DNA of 63,632 bases, counting the filler, from Nemertoderma westbladi (lineage: Eukaryota; Animalia; Xenacoelomorpha), in NCBI GenBank assembly GCA_032718475.1. It is 3 parts of 3 records of this genome, joined end to end, with 100 filler letters (N's around TTAATTAATTAA, not from the genome) between each part and the next. Parts side by side here need not be neighbours in the genome. Positions count along the whole stretch, not along the records: positions 1 to 29,238 come from JAUCBJ010003616.1; 2 more parts are not named here. One strand, written 5' to 3'. Each line of letters starts with the position of its first letter. Within the stretch, counting starts at the first letter, position 1. A program made the position numbers and the translations under genes. Of this stretch, positions 13,701 through 25,875 are shown one piece after another. Under the pieces are notes generated by a model. The model did no database searches. It had not been told where the DNA came from and was given only the letters and a program-made list of their open reading frames with translations.

Positions 13701-16388
13701 CTCCCCTATATCCCCCAGGTTCCCTCCCTTATATCCCCCAGGTTCCCTCCAATATATCACCCAGGTTCCCTCATATCCCCCAGATTCCCTCCACTATATC
13801 TCACAGGTTCCCTCCCCTATATCCCCCAGGTTCCCTCCCCTATATCCCCCAGGTTCTCTCCACTATATCTCACAGGTTCCCTCCCCTATATCTCCCAGGT
13901 TCCCTCCCCTATATCACCCAGGTTCCCTCCCCTATATCCCCCAGGTTCCCTCCCCCATATCCCCCAGGTTCCCTCCACTATATCTCCCAGGTTCCCTCCC
14001 CTATATCCACCAGGTTCCCTCACCTATATCCCCCAGGTTCCCTCCCCTATATCTCCCAGGTTCCCTCTCTTATATCTCCCAGGTTCCCTCCCCTATATCA
14101 CCCAGGTTCCCTCCCCTATATCCCCCAGGTTCCCTCCCCTATATCTCCCAGGTTCCCTCCCCTATATCTCCCAGGTTCCCTCCCCTATATCTCCCAGGTT
14201 CCCTCCCCTATATCTCCCAGGTTCCCTCCCCTATATCCCCCAGGTTCCCTCCCCTATATCCCCCAGGTTCACTCCCCTATATCTCCCAGGTTCCCTCCCC
14301 TATATCCCCCAGGTTCCCTCCCCTATATCTCACAGGTTCCCTCCCCTATATCCCCCAGGTTCCCTCCACTATATCTCACAGGTTCCCTCCCCTATATCTC
14401 CCAGGTTCCCTCCCCTATATCTCCCAGGTTCCCTCCCCTATATCTCCCAGGTTCCCTCCCCTATATCTCCCAGGTTCCCTCCCCTATATCTCCCAGGTTC
14501 CCTCCCCTATATCTCCCAGGTTCCCTCCCCTATATCTCCCAGGTTCCCTCCCCTATATCTCCCAGGTTCCCTCCCCTATATCTCCCAGGTTCCCTCCCCT
14601 ATATCTCCCAGGTTCCCTCCCCTATATCTCCCAGGTTCCCTCCCCTATATCACCCAGGTTCCCTCCCCTATATCCCCCAGGTTCCCTCCCCTATATCTCC
14701 CAGGTTCCCTCCCCTATATCTCCCAGGTTCCCTCCCCTATATCTCCCAGGTTCCCTCCCCTATATCTCCCAGGTTCCCTCCCCTATATCTCCCAGGTTCC
14801 CTCCCCTATATCTCCCAGGTTCCCTCCCCTATATCTCCCAGGTTCCCTCCCCTATATCTCCCAGGTTCCCTCCCCTATATCTCCCAGGTTCCCTCCCCTA
14901 TATCTCCCAGGTTCCCTCCCCTATATCCCCCAGGTTCCCTCCACTATATCTCACAGGTTCCCTCCCCTATATCTCCCAGGTTCCCTCCCCTATATCTCCC
15001 AGGTTCCCTCCCCTATATCTCCCAGGTTCCCTCCCCTATATCTCCCAGGTTCCCTCCCCTATATCTCCCAGGTTCCCTCCCCTATATCTCCCAGGTTCCC
15101 TCCCGTATATCTCCCAGGTTCCCTCCCCTATATCTCCCAGGTTCCCTCCCCTATATCTCCCAGGTTCCCTCTCTTATATCTCCCAGGTTCCCTCCCCTAT
15201 ATCTCCCAGGTTCCCTCCCATATATCTCCCAGGTTCCCTCCCCTGTATCTCCCCTATATCTCCCAGGTTCCCTCCCCTATATCTCCCAGGTTCCCTCCCC
15301 TATATTTCCCAGGTTCCCTCCCCTATATCTCCCACGTTCCCTCCCCTATATCTCACAGGTTCCCTCCCCTAAATCTCCCATGTTCCCTCCCCTATATCTC
15401 CCAGGTTCCCTCCCCTGTATCTCACAGGTTCCCTCCCCTATATCTCCCAGGTTCCCTCCCCTATATCTCCCCTATATCTCACAGGTTCCACCCTCTATAT
15501 CTCCCAGGTTCCCTCCCCTATATCTCCCAGGTTCCCTCCCCTATATCTCCCAGGTTCCCTCCCCTATATCTCCCAGGTTCCCTCCCCTATATCTCACAGG
15601 TTCCCTCCCCTAAATCTCCCAGGTTCCCTCCCCTATATCTCCCAGGTTCCCTCCCCTATATCACCCAGGTTCCCTCCCGTATATCTCCCAGGTTCCCTCC
15701 CCTATATCCCCCAGGTTCCCTCCCGTATATCTCCCAGGTTCCCTCAGCTATATCTCCCAGGTTCCCTCCCCTATATCCCCCAGGTTCCCTGCCCTATATC
15801 TCCCAGGTTCCCTCCCCTATATCTCCCAGGTTCCCTCCCCTATATCACCCAGGTTCCCTCCCGTATATCTCCCAGGTTCCCTCCCCTATATCCCCCAGGT
15901 TCCCTCCCGTATATCTCCCAGGTTCCCTCCCCTATATCTCCCAGGTTCCCTCCCCTATATCTCCCCTATATCTCCCAGGTTCCCTCCCCTATATCTCCCA
16001 GGTTCCCTCCCCTATATCTCCCAGGTTCCCTCCCCTATATCCCCCAGGTTCCCTCCCGTATATCTCCCAGGTTCCCTCAGCTATATCTCCCAGGTTCCCT
16101 CCCCTATATCTCCCAGGTTCCCTCCCCTATATCTCCCAGGTTCCCTCCCCTATATCTCCCAGGTTCCCTCCCCTATATCTCCCAGGTTCCCTCCCCTATA
16201 TCTCCCAGGTTCCCTCCCCTATATCTCCCAGGTTCCCTCCCCTATATCTCCCAGGTTCCCTCAGCTATATCTCCCAGGTTCCCTCCCCTATATCTCCCAG
16301 GTTCCCTCCCCTATATCTCCCAGGTTCCCTCCCCTATATCTCCCAGGTTCCCTCCCCTATATCTCCCAGGTTCCCTCCCCTATATCTC
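7761..16388 (+). repeat. 23-bp satellite ATCTCCCAGGTTCCCTCCCCTAT, left part (about 375 units)
   Basis: Continuous tandem array with point variants; unit equals the kinase intron acceptor plus first 14 exon bases. Confidence 0.98.
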
Positions 16389-19300
16389 TATAAAAGCTAT
16401 GATATCCGAATAAAATCAGTTTCTTAGTTCAATAGAATTAAACCGAAAGCCTGACTCTAACATAATAATTAGGGTACCGGTATGTTCCTATAACAGTATA
16501 TTTATATCTGTCACAATAATTAGGGTACCGGTATGTTCCTATAACAGTATGTTTATATATGTCCCTTAGGGTACCGGTATGTTCCTATAACAGTATGTTT
16601 ATATCTGTCACAATAGCCTTCTCCTAGTCTATGTCCCCTTCCTTCTTCCGTGCTGTGGACCAGCTTTACTCGGGTCGAACCAGTTTGGTTTCTTTCTGGT
16701 CCTCTCCTGTCGGCCAAACACCATCTCCTGGGGCTCCGCTCGAACTGGTGCCTCTGACTCCCCGTGACCCCCTGATCCTGTCCCCGGTTCTGGACTTGGC
16801 TGATCTGCTATCTTTAAATCTAGGTAATCCTCCTCATCCGAACTGACTCCACCCTCCTGTTCATGCCGATTTGGGAATCGATTCAGGTGCGCTGGTCTGC
16901 TGCGTAATAGTTTACACTTAGCCTTGTTTCTCACCCGAGTCTTCCCCCCTCTCTGAGCTGTCACCTGGGTACCTTTAACCCCTGTTACTGTGTAGGGTTC
17001 TGGGTCGAATGGTGGTTTTATCGTGGTTTTTCCCTGTTTGATCAGTATCTTATCTCCGGGGGTGATTGTCACATCCTTGGCCCGTTTCTTTTTGTCTCGT
17101 AGCTCCTTCCTCACTGCTCTAGTTTCTTGGTCCCTCGATCTTGCTTCCTGATGTGCTTTTCCCTGAGGTGGGTTGATTAGTGTTGGTATCCGTGTCCTTA
17201 TTGTGCGGCCCATTATCAACTCACTCGGTGTCTTCCCAGTGCTGGGGTGGGGGGTGTTTCGGTAATTTAACATCCTCCTCCTCACTTCGACCTTTGGATT
17301 CTTCCCTTCCGCGATGGCTGCGTGCACTGTTTTAACGAGAACTCCCATAAATCTTTCAGCTATCCCATTAGCTTCGGGATGTTCGGGTGTGCAGGGTTTA
17401 GATTTAAATCCCATTTCTTGTGCGTATTCTTTCCAAGCAGTGGATTGGTATGGACTACCATTGTCGTGAGTTATAGATTCAGGTACGCCCATCAAACTGA
17501 AACTCCTGTCCAGTGCGGGCCTAAGCTTGTCGAAACTTGTGCTGGATACGATCTCCACTTCTGGCCACCGAGAGTATGTGTCTATTAGAACGTGGAAGTA
17601 ATATTTACCCGCTATTGGTCCTTTAAAATCCGCCGCGCAGTCGACCCACGGGCCAGATGGGGTTGGCCTTTCTATCATTGGCGGGGGACTGTTCCTTCCC
17701 ACAGAGGCTGCGCAGGCTGAGCAACTCTCCACATATGCCTTGACATCCTCTGTGAGGCCTGGCCACCACACCGATTCTCTAAGTTGCCGTAACATTGAGT
17801 CTCTACCTGGGTGCCCCTCATGAGCTGCCCCTAGAACGTCTGGCCTGAGCTTCCTGGGAATGAGGAGCCTTTCGCCCCGCAACAGTATTCCTCCCTTCGA
17901 ACTGAGCTCTAGGAAGCATTCCTTATATCCCACCGTACGTAGTTCATCCCGCAGTTTTCCCCTTTGGATGTCTACCATTAGTTGCTGTAACTCCTCGTCC
18001 TTCTGTGTAAACTGTTGTAGAATTGGAAGTGTTACCGCATCAGTCACCGCTTCTATTCGATTGACTATAATTTCCGCTTCATCTTCATCCTCCTCAATGC
18101 CAAGCTGCGCTCTGTCCTCCACACGGTAGTGCTTCATGGGTGGGGGATTCCTAGATCCGTAATCAGCTGGGGTTGTGGTGCCTGGTTCGTACACCACGTC
18201 GAAGTCGAACCCGCTTAATTTCGCTTTATGCTTGGCTATCCTGATTGGTAATGATTTTGAGTGTGAACGGTATATAGAGACTAGTGGCTCATGATCCACT
18301 ACGACCGTAAATTTGGTGCCATATAGATACATCCGATTTGCTAATACCCCACTCAGTATTCCCAAAGACTCGCCATCTACTTTGCCATAGTTCATCTCGG
18401 CGCTTGTCTTGGCTCTGCTGTTATGTGTCACCGGCCTCCAGACATTATGATCCATACCCGGGAGCATATACTTCTGAGCAACTGTTGCTGCCACTCCAGC
18501 CGGCCCCTCATCTACATAGAGCCTAGTTTCCCGGTTTGGATCAAAGTTAGCCAACACCTGGTCTGACGTGAGAAGTCCCTTCAGCTCCTGGAAACTCTCC
18601 TCGCACTCGACAGTCCAATGAAATTTAACCTTCTTGGCTGTAAGACACCGGAGCGGTTTAGTGACATCTGAGTATGTTCTCCCGACTCCTCGATCCTTGT
18701 CTTGCTGTGGGCGCATAAAAACCTGACAAAACTGTACTGTTTGTAGGAATGACTTCACCCCTGCTTTGTCTTTAGGTCGCGGCCATGCTCTTATATCCTC
18801 TACCTTGGCTGGATCTGCCGACATGCCCTGCTTGGAGTAGATATTTCCAAACCATTTAACCTGTGGCATTCCGAACTGACATTTTTCCTTCCTCAACGTC
18901 AGCCCATATTCTCCTAATCTCCGAAGTAACGCCTCCAAGCGTTCATCGTGAATCTCCCCTACACCGTGTACCACAATGTCATCCTTGATCTGCTGTATTC
19001 CTTCCAGGCCTTCCACTATTAGCCGGATCCTCTCGTGGCACTCGCTACTGGCGCTGGAGACGCCCATAACTAGTGTATTATATCTATACAGGCCCCAAGG
19101 TGTGTAGAATACAAACAGGTCTTTGGACTCATTGTCCATTTCGAACTGGTGAAACGCATGATTGAGGTCCACTATGGAAAATCTATCCGAACCAAGAAAG
19201 TTGTGCCGCAGCTCTTTTGGGGTTGGAATGGGGAAATGGGAAGTCTTTACAGCCGCTGCCATGGGACGGGTATCTAAATTAACCCGAATCTTCTTATCGC

Positions 19301-21268
19301 TCCAGCTCTTGTGGGTAATCACCATGTTACTAATCCAGCCTCTGGCTGAGCTGGAGGGCAGTGGCCCTGAAATTACTCCTTCCCTCTTCAATTCTTCCAG
19401 ATGTTCCCGAAAGAGTTCCTTGTATTGGAGCGCGATGGGCCTCTGCTTCTGTTGGACTGGGCGGATGCTCTTGTCCACCTCTATATGGACCGGTTCCACA
19501 TTGGCTCGGCCCAGCCCTTGGAACAACTCCTCGTGGCCCTTTAGAATCTCCCGGATTTTGCGGTCTATCTCAGCCTGGGTCCGTCCCCCAGACACCATTT
19601 CTTCTGTTGTAACAGGCTGTTTCAATTCCGTGTTCAGCTGCCCTACACCTTCCACTTTGGCGTTACCATCCGGGTTGATAGAGATAATACCCAGCAACTC
19701 GCTGTCTTTCAGCCCCAGCAGAGACTGCGTCTCCCCGGCAACCACGTACACTATAGTATGTATCTGGGCTCCACACGCTGCTGTCAACTGGCACTTGGTT
19801 CGTCCTATAATAGGAAGTTTCAACTTCGTACCGAACGGCGATAATTTTGTGTAGTTCTTCTTCAGTTTAATCCTGGATTCGCCTGTTTTGGTTTTTACCT
19901 TCGCCCAATCTGCCTCGCTAAGCAGAGTTTTATTGACCCCGCTGTCTATGAGGAGTTCCACTGTTGCCCGCTCCGAGGCTCTACCATGGTCCAACGCTAC
20001 CAGCCCGACCACCGCCCGTTGGCTGCCGCCTCCCTTTACCGCCCGGACACTCTCAGCCGGCTGCTCGGCGACCAACCCAACCGATTCGCTGTCGGTATCG
20101 CTCCCACACTCCTCGTCCAGCGCCAGAGTTCGCTCCCTCCGCGGTTTAACCTTCCGCTCCCCGGTGCAGGCTGTGGAATTCTTAAAATGACCCCACTTCC
20201 CACAAGCGAAACATTCAACCCTCTTCCCGGGACAACGTCCTTCCTCGTGTGTGGGGCGGGTGCAGGTGCGACAGGTGTACTCCTTGGATCTCCCACCGCT
20301 CGGTTTACCGGACCTTCCGGGATCCGCACGCAGCTGCCGGACCTGGTCCTCCAGCGCCGCTACTCGGGTATCTTCCCTCCTCGAGGCGTTCCCCCGGATC
20401 TCATCCACCTTCCGGGCTCCCTGTTCGAGCGCTAAACCGAACTTAATCGTGTCGTCGAAACTCAAGTCCTCCGCGATCACCTTCCGCTGGAGCTTCTTGT
20501 CGCCAGTTTGGTACAATATCGCGTCTCGCGCCGCCGCCCTCGCCCCGTATCCGGCCCAAACACACCGATCAGCTTGCTCCTTTACTTTGGGGAACCATTG
20601 CGCGAAATGCTGTCCTCCCTGGGGCATCTGCTGAAAGAGCTTAAACCGCGCGGTCGCCTGGTTCGTCTGCCGCTTTATACCCTCCTCCACCTTGGCTACC
20701 GCCGCCTCGAATGTGTCCTCCTGGTCGACGCCGCCCACGTGGTCGAGAAGATTCTTCATCTCGTCACCGCCGACCAACCGAAGCGTCGCCTTGGCCTTCT
20801 TACAGCCCGGGCAATCGGCTCCATGTCCCTCATCGTGGACTCCGTCAGCCTCCGTCGCGGTGAGAAACTACTGGAAATTCGAGATGTACTTTGTGTAGTC
20901 CTGGAACAATTGCTCCGGGTCGCCTGGGTTCTTTATCACAAAAGGGGCGGGTTTGAGCATCAACATCATCTCCGCCATCGTATCCAAGTCAGGCTTTATC
21001 AGAATATCAATATTATATTGGGTTCTATTCACGACTCGTCGCCATATAAAAGCTATGATATCCGAATAAAATCAGTTTCTTAGTTCAATAGAATTAAACC
21101 GAAAGCCTGACTCTAACATAATAATTAGGGTACCGGTATGTTCCTATAACAGTATATTTATATCTGTCACAATAATTAGGGTACCGGTATGTTCCTATAA
21201 CAGTATGTTTATATATGTCCCTTAGGGTACCGGTATGTTCCTATAACAGTATGTTTATATCTGTCACA
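16389..21268 (-). mobile_element. Full-length Ty3/Gypsy LTR retrotransposon (Mag-like)
   Basis: 224-bp LTRs 16389-16612 and 21045-21268, identical by eye; ATCTC target duplication; PBS TGGCGACGAG at 21044-21035; purine tract AGGAGAAGG beside the 3' LTR. Confidence 0.97.
16629..20978 (-). CDS. Gypsy Gag-Pol polyprotein (one in-frame TAG near the N-terminus)
   Basis: ATG 20978 in frame with ORF 16629-20777, TAG at 20868-70. Double zinc knuckle (CRTC..H..C, CFACGKWGH), protease LIDSGV, RT (VDLNHAFHQF, QIKDDIVV), RNase H (VDHEPL, ADYGSR), integrase (HEGHPG..CSAC, DFKG, DNG, ERF). Confidence 0.93.
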
Positions 21269-23037
21269 ATCTCCCAGGTTCCCTCCCCTATATCCCCCAG
21301 GTTCCCTCCCGTATATCTCCCAGGTTCCCTCCCCTATATCTCCCCTATATCTCCCAGGTTCCCTCCCCTATATCTCCCAGGTTCCCTCCCCTATATCTCC
21401 CAGGTTCCCTCCCCTATATCCCCCAGGTTCCCTCCCGTATATCTCCCAGGTTCCCTCAGCTATATCTCCCAGGTTCCCTCCCCTATATCTCCCAGGTTCC
21501 CTCCCCTATATCTCCCAGGTTCCCTCCCCTATATCTCCCAGGTTCCCTCCCCTATATCTCCCAGGTTCCCTCCCCTATATCCCCCAGGTTCCCTCCCGTA
21601 TATCTCCCAGGTTCCCTCCCCTATATCTCCCAGGTTCCCTCCCCTATATCTCCCCTATATCTCCCAGGTTCCCTCCCCTATATCTCCCAGGTTCCCTCCC
21701 CTATATCTCCCAGGTTCCCTCCCCTATATCCCCCAGGTTCCCTCCCGTATATCTCCCAGGTTCCCTCAGCTATATCTCCCAGGTTCCCTCCCCTATATCT
21801 CCCAGGTTCCCTCCCCTATATCTCCCAGGTTCCCTCCCCTATATCTCCCAGGTTCCCTCCCCTATATCTCCCAGGTTCCCTCCCCTATATCTCCCAGGTT
21901 CCCTCCCCTATATCTCCCAGGTTCCCTCCCCTATATCTCCCAGGTTCCCTCCCCTATATCTCCCAGGTTCCCTCCCCTATATCTCCCAGGTTCCCTCCCC
22001 TATATCACCCAGGTTCCCTCCCGTATATCTCCCAGGTTCCCTCCCCTATATCTCCCAGGTTCCCTCCCCTATATCTCCCAGGTTCCCTCCCCTATATCAC
22101 CCAGGTTCCCTCCCCTATATCTCCCAGGTTCCCTCCCCTATATCACCCAGGTTCCCTCCCGTATATCTCCCAGGTTCCCTCCCCTATATCTCCCCTATAT
22201 CTCCCAGGTTCCCTCCCCTATATCTCCCCTATATCTCCCAGGTTCCCTCCCCTATATCTCCCAGGTTCCCTCCCCTATATCTCCCAGGTTCCCTCCCCTA
22301 TATCTCCCAGGTTCCCTCCCCTATATCTCCCAGGTTCCCTCCCCTATATCTCCCAGGTTCCCTCCCCTATATCTCCCAGGTTCCCTCCCCTATATCACCC
22401 AGGTTCCCTCCCGTATATCTCCCAGGTTCCCTCCCCTATATCTCCCAGGTTCCCTCCCCTATATCTCCCAGGTTCCCTCCCCTATATCACCCAGGTTCCC
22501 TCCCCTATATCTCCCAGGTTCCCTCCCCTATATCACCCAGGTTCCCTCCCGTATATCTCCCAGGTTCCCTCCCCTATATCTCCCCTATATCTCCCAGGTT
22601 CCCTCCCCTATATCTCCCCTATATCTCCCAGGTTCCCTCCCCTATATCTCCCAGGTCCCCTCCCCTATATCTCCCCTATATCTCCCAGGTTCCCTCCCCT
22701 ATATTTCCCAGGTTCCCTCCCCTATATCTCCCAGGTTCCCTCCCCTATATCTCTCAGGTTCCCTCCCCTATATCTCCCAGGTTACCTCCCCTATATCTCA
22801 CAGGTTTCCTCCCCTATATCTCCCAGGTTCCCTCCCCGTATATCTCCCAGGTTCCCTCCCCTATATCTCCCAGGTTCCCTCCCCTATATCTCCCAGGTTC
22901 CCTCCCCTATATCCCCCAGGTTCCCTCCCCGTATATCTCCCAGGTTCCCTCCCCTAAATCTCCCAGGTTCCCTCCCCTATATCTCCCAGGTTCCCTCCCC
23001 TATATCTCCCCTATATCTCACAGGTTCCCTCCCCTAT
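21269..23037 (+). repeat. 23-bp satellite, right part (about 77 units), last unit runs into the kinase exon
   Basis: Same unit resumes after the Gypsy element; final copy is cacAG|GTTCCCTCCCCTAT-CCAAAG. Confidence 0.98.
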
Positions 23038-23220
23038 CCAAAGCTCTCTGCCGAGGAGGTTATGCTTCGTCTGAACGAGGGATACCGAATGGAACGTCCG
23101 TCCCACGTTTACAGTGAGTTTTACGATCTATTGCGATGGTGTTGGCACGAGGACCCTCAAGTTAGACCCAACTTCGATACAATCAGCTCTCGTATGGAAA
23201 ACCTTATATGTAAACCCGAG
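23024..23220 (+). CDS. Receptor tyrosine kinase exon (subdomains X-XI)
   Basis: Phase-1 join G|GT gives TLG-SLPYPKLSAEEVMLRLNEGYRMERPSH...CWHEDPQVRPNF; acceptor ctcacAG 23022-23, GTAATC donor 23221. Confidence 0.93.
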
Positions 23221-23317
23221 GTAATCATTTCTTCATTAATTAACATCGATTTTTATTATATTTTTACCATCTTTAAGTTATAGTTTAGGGAAATATAAAA
23301 GTGTTATATTTTCTCAG

Positions 23318-23407
23318 GCAAGTTTGTTGTTGGAAGTCGATCTCTTTCAATATTGTTATTTTACCGTTGCTGAGGCCAATTCATTATTTTTTGATAAAAA
23401 GTGCTAA
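23318..23407 (+). CDS. Putative terminal coding exon of the kinase gene
   Basis: ttttctcAG acceptor after a 97-bp intron; phase 0 gives ASLLLEVDLFQYCYFTVAEANSLFFDKKC-stop. No diagnostic motif. Confidence 0.45.
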   Translation, partial: ASLLLEVDLFQYCYFTVAEANSLFFDKKC

Positions 23408-23789
23408 CAATTTTTATTGTTTTTATGTATTAAATGTGTCTGAATTCACATGTCAGTAATATGTTACGGGATTATCCCTGCACTTCGGATAACCAAAAAC
23501 CAATATATATCCTTAATAATAGTTGATAGTTGTATAACGGCATTAATTATCACCCTACAAAGGTCAGGTTAACAAAAATTAAGGCCCAGCGGCCAAACCA
23601 AATTGAAGTCACCTGGTAGCACAATTTACCATACCATACAGTAAAATGTATTGTGCTTATATTGCTTGACCACATGACCAGTGTATGTATAGGATGTATC
23701 GGGGAGACCCTTTGTCATCCCCAGTTATTGTGTCGTTAGCTACATAACTCAAACTCCAACTCAAACAAAGAGGTGGTTCTTATCGCGCA

Positions 23790-24380
23790 CAAATGATATC
23801 TTGAGGAGCAACACGCACTAGGTATCACCTGGAATCGGCTCACAGACAATCTAGAATACGAATTCCTACACTCAGACGCAGACATCCACACGAAACGAGC
23901 GTACGTGTCGTACATAACAAGAATATACGACCCATTCGGACTTGTGGCACCTATAACTATTGAGAACAACTATTGGAAAACATGGAAAACAACTCTTGAG
24001 AGAACTATACAAGTTCTGAAGTGGATGGGATAAACCGATTACAGACGACACTAACACTATGCAGCATAGGAAAGATCACAATGCTGCGGGTTTATTTTCA
24101 GGAAGGTGATACTGTATGTCAAACATAGAACTATGTATTTTCAGACGTCTCACTCCAGGTGCATGAAGCCCCACTGTATTTAGTTAATCCTACAGACTTA
24201 ATATACCACAGCTCTTCTTGGTATAAGATAAGAAAGCTGGTAGCCTACTTCCAAGCATTCAGATTATTCTTAAAAGGAAAGAAAGATAATAATACTTTCT
24301 TTTATTTCCATAACTCAAATGCAAAGCATATACTCAAAGCAAAGATAGCTTTCTTTGAATGCTTTAAGTCAAATGGTTAT
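23790..24380 (+). mobile_element. Decayed BEL/Pao pol fragment
   Basis: Translates ALGITWNRLTD...TKRAYVSYITRIYDPFGLVAP and SSSWYKIRKLVAY, BEL RT-RNaseH region motifs, with stops and frameshifts. Confidence 0.8.
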
Positions 24381-24559
24381 GCATAAACGTCACACGTGTG
24401 TAATGGTCACACAATCAGCTATATCTTAAAATTAAATGGTTTATATTAGCTGAAGTTATGATTTTTTAGAAAAGCCATGGCAAAGGCTTGCTAAATAATC
24501 CCATTAATAAGAGTTATACGACGTACCTTTACATCTTCCACCCTTTAAAGTATGTATGT

Positions 24560-25875
24560 CATGTGTGTGGGGCGAGCCACGAAGTTGGCGGAGCCTTAGC
24601 GAATTGACACTGTTAGGGGGTGGGTCAATTTATGCAAATAGTTGTCGTCGTCGTCGTCGTCGTTGTCGTCATCGTCGTCGTCGTCGTTGTCGTCGTCGTC
24701 GTTACGATTTTGACATGCTAATAACTTTGTCGGATTTAAAGCTGCCAAGTTGAAAATTTGTAGGTATCAATATGAGCAAAAGTTGAGATTTTTGAGAGAC
24801 TTTCAGACACCATCAGTGCAATGGTCTCCCGCTAGAGGGCCACATGTCTAAACATTAAATGCCCTCCCATTTCTTTGCTTTTAATCCGTTTAAGCTGAAA
24901 CTTGGCAGATATGTATTAGACCATTAGCTGTGACTTTCAAAGGAGGCGAATCCATCTGCAGTTCTCCAGTCTGCCGCTAGAGGGCCAAAGGTCTGAAAGT
25001 GAAATCGTTGTCGTCGTTACGATTTTGACATGCTAATAACTTTGACGGATTTAAAGCTGCCAAGTTGAAAATTTCTAGGTATCAATATGAGCTAAAGTTG
25101 AGATTTTTGAGAGACTTTCAGACACCATCAGTGCAATGGTCTCCCGCTAGAGGGCCACATGTCTAAACATTAAATGCCCTCCCATTTCTTTGCTTTTAAT
25201 CCGTTTAAGCTGAAACTTGGCAGATATGTATTAGACCATTAGCTGTGACTTTCAAAGGAGGCGAATCCATCTGCAGTTCTCCAGTCTGCCGCTAGAGGGC
25301 CAAATGTCTGAAAGTGAAATCGTTGTCGTCGTTATGATATTGACATGCTTATAACTTTGTCGAATTTAAAGCTGCCAAGTTGAAAATTTGTTTTGTTGAA
25401 AATCAGTTCAACAGTCACCCGCTATAGGACTACTTTATGCCTGAAAGTGAATAGATTCTCCCGTCTCATTGATTTTAATCAGTTTAAGCTGAATCTTGCC
25501 ATATATTCTGGACCACATGCTGCGTCTTTGTGGGGGGGGGGGGGGGGGGGGGGAGATTTAATCGGTCTGCCGCTATACGACAAAATTTCTGAAAGTGAGA
25601 TCCGTCTCTCATTTCGTTATCCGTTATTCAAGATGAAACTTGGCCGATGTACGTATGTACTATTCATCCATAGGCTGTGTCTTTGTGGGGCTGGAGACCC
25701 TAATCCATCTTCAGTTCTCATTATACCGCTAGAGTCAGAAATGTCTGAATAGAAATGAAAGAGGTAAAAAGTGATTAGGCGAAATCTGCTTAAAATTTGC
25801 TAATACAGTAATACTTTCGAATTAGTACTTAAATTAAATTTAAGTCACGTGCTGCGCGAAGGCCCCACTTCGTGT
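24560..25875. mobile_element. Helentron/DINE-1-like non-autonomous element with (TCG)n tract and 315-bp internal tandem repeats
   Basis: CACGAAGT near 24578 inverted to ACTTCGTG near 25870; TCG microsatellite 24645-24702; repeat starts at 24701, 25016, 25331. Confidence 0.6.

Noticed and set aside
7701-16427. 2908-aa Pro-rich ORF (also 7699-9036, 15380-15613, 21215-22957)
   Set aside because: By-product of a stop-free 23-bp unit; the same peptide appears in every frame, it lies in an intron and ends inside an LTR.
16631-21083. Many short + strand ORFs over the Gypsy element
   Set aside because: Antisense shadows of the GC-rich gag-pol.
7761-23037. CRISPR array or telomeric repeat
   Set aside because: No unique spacers, no cas genes, eukaryotic context; the unit matches the exon junction.
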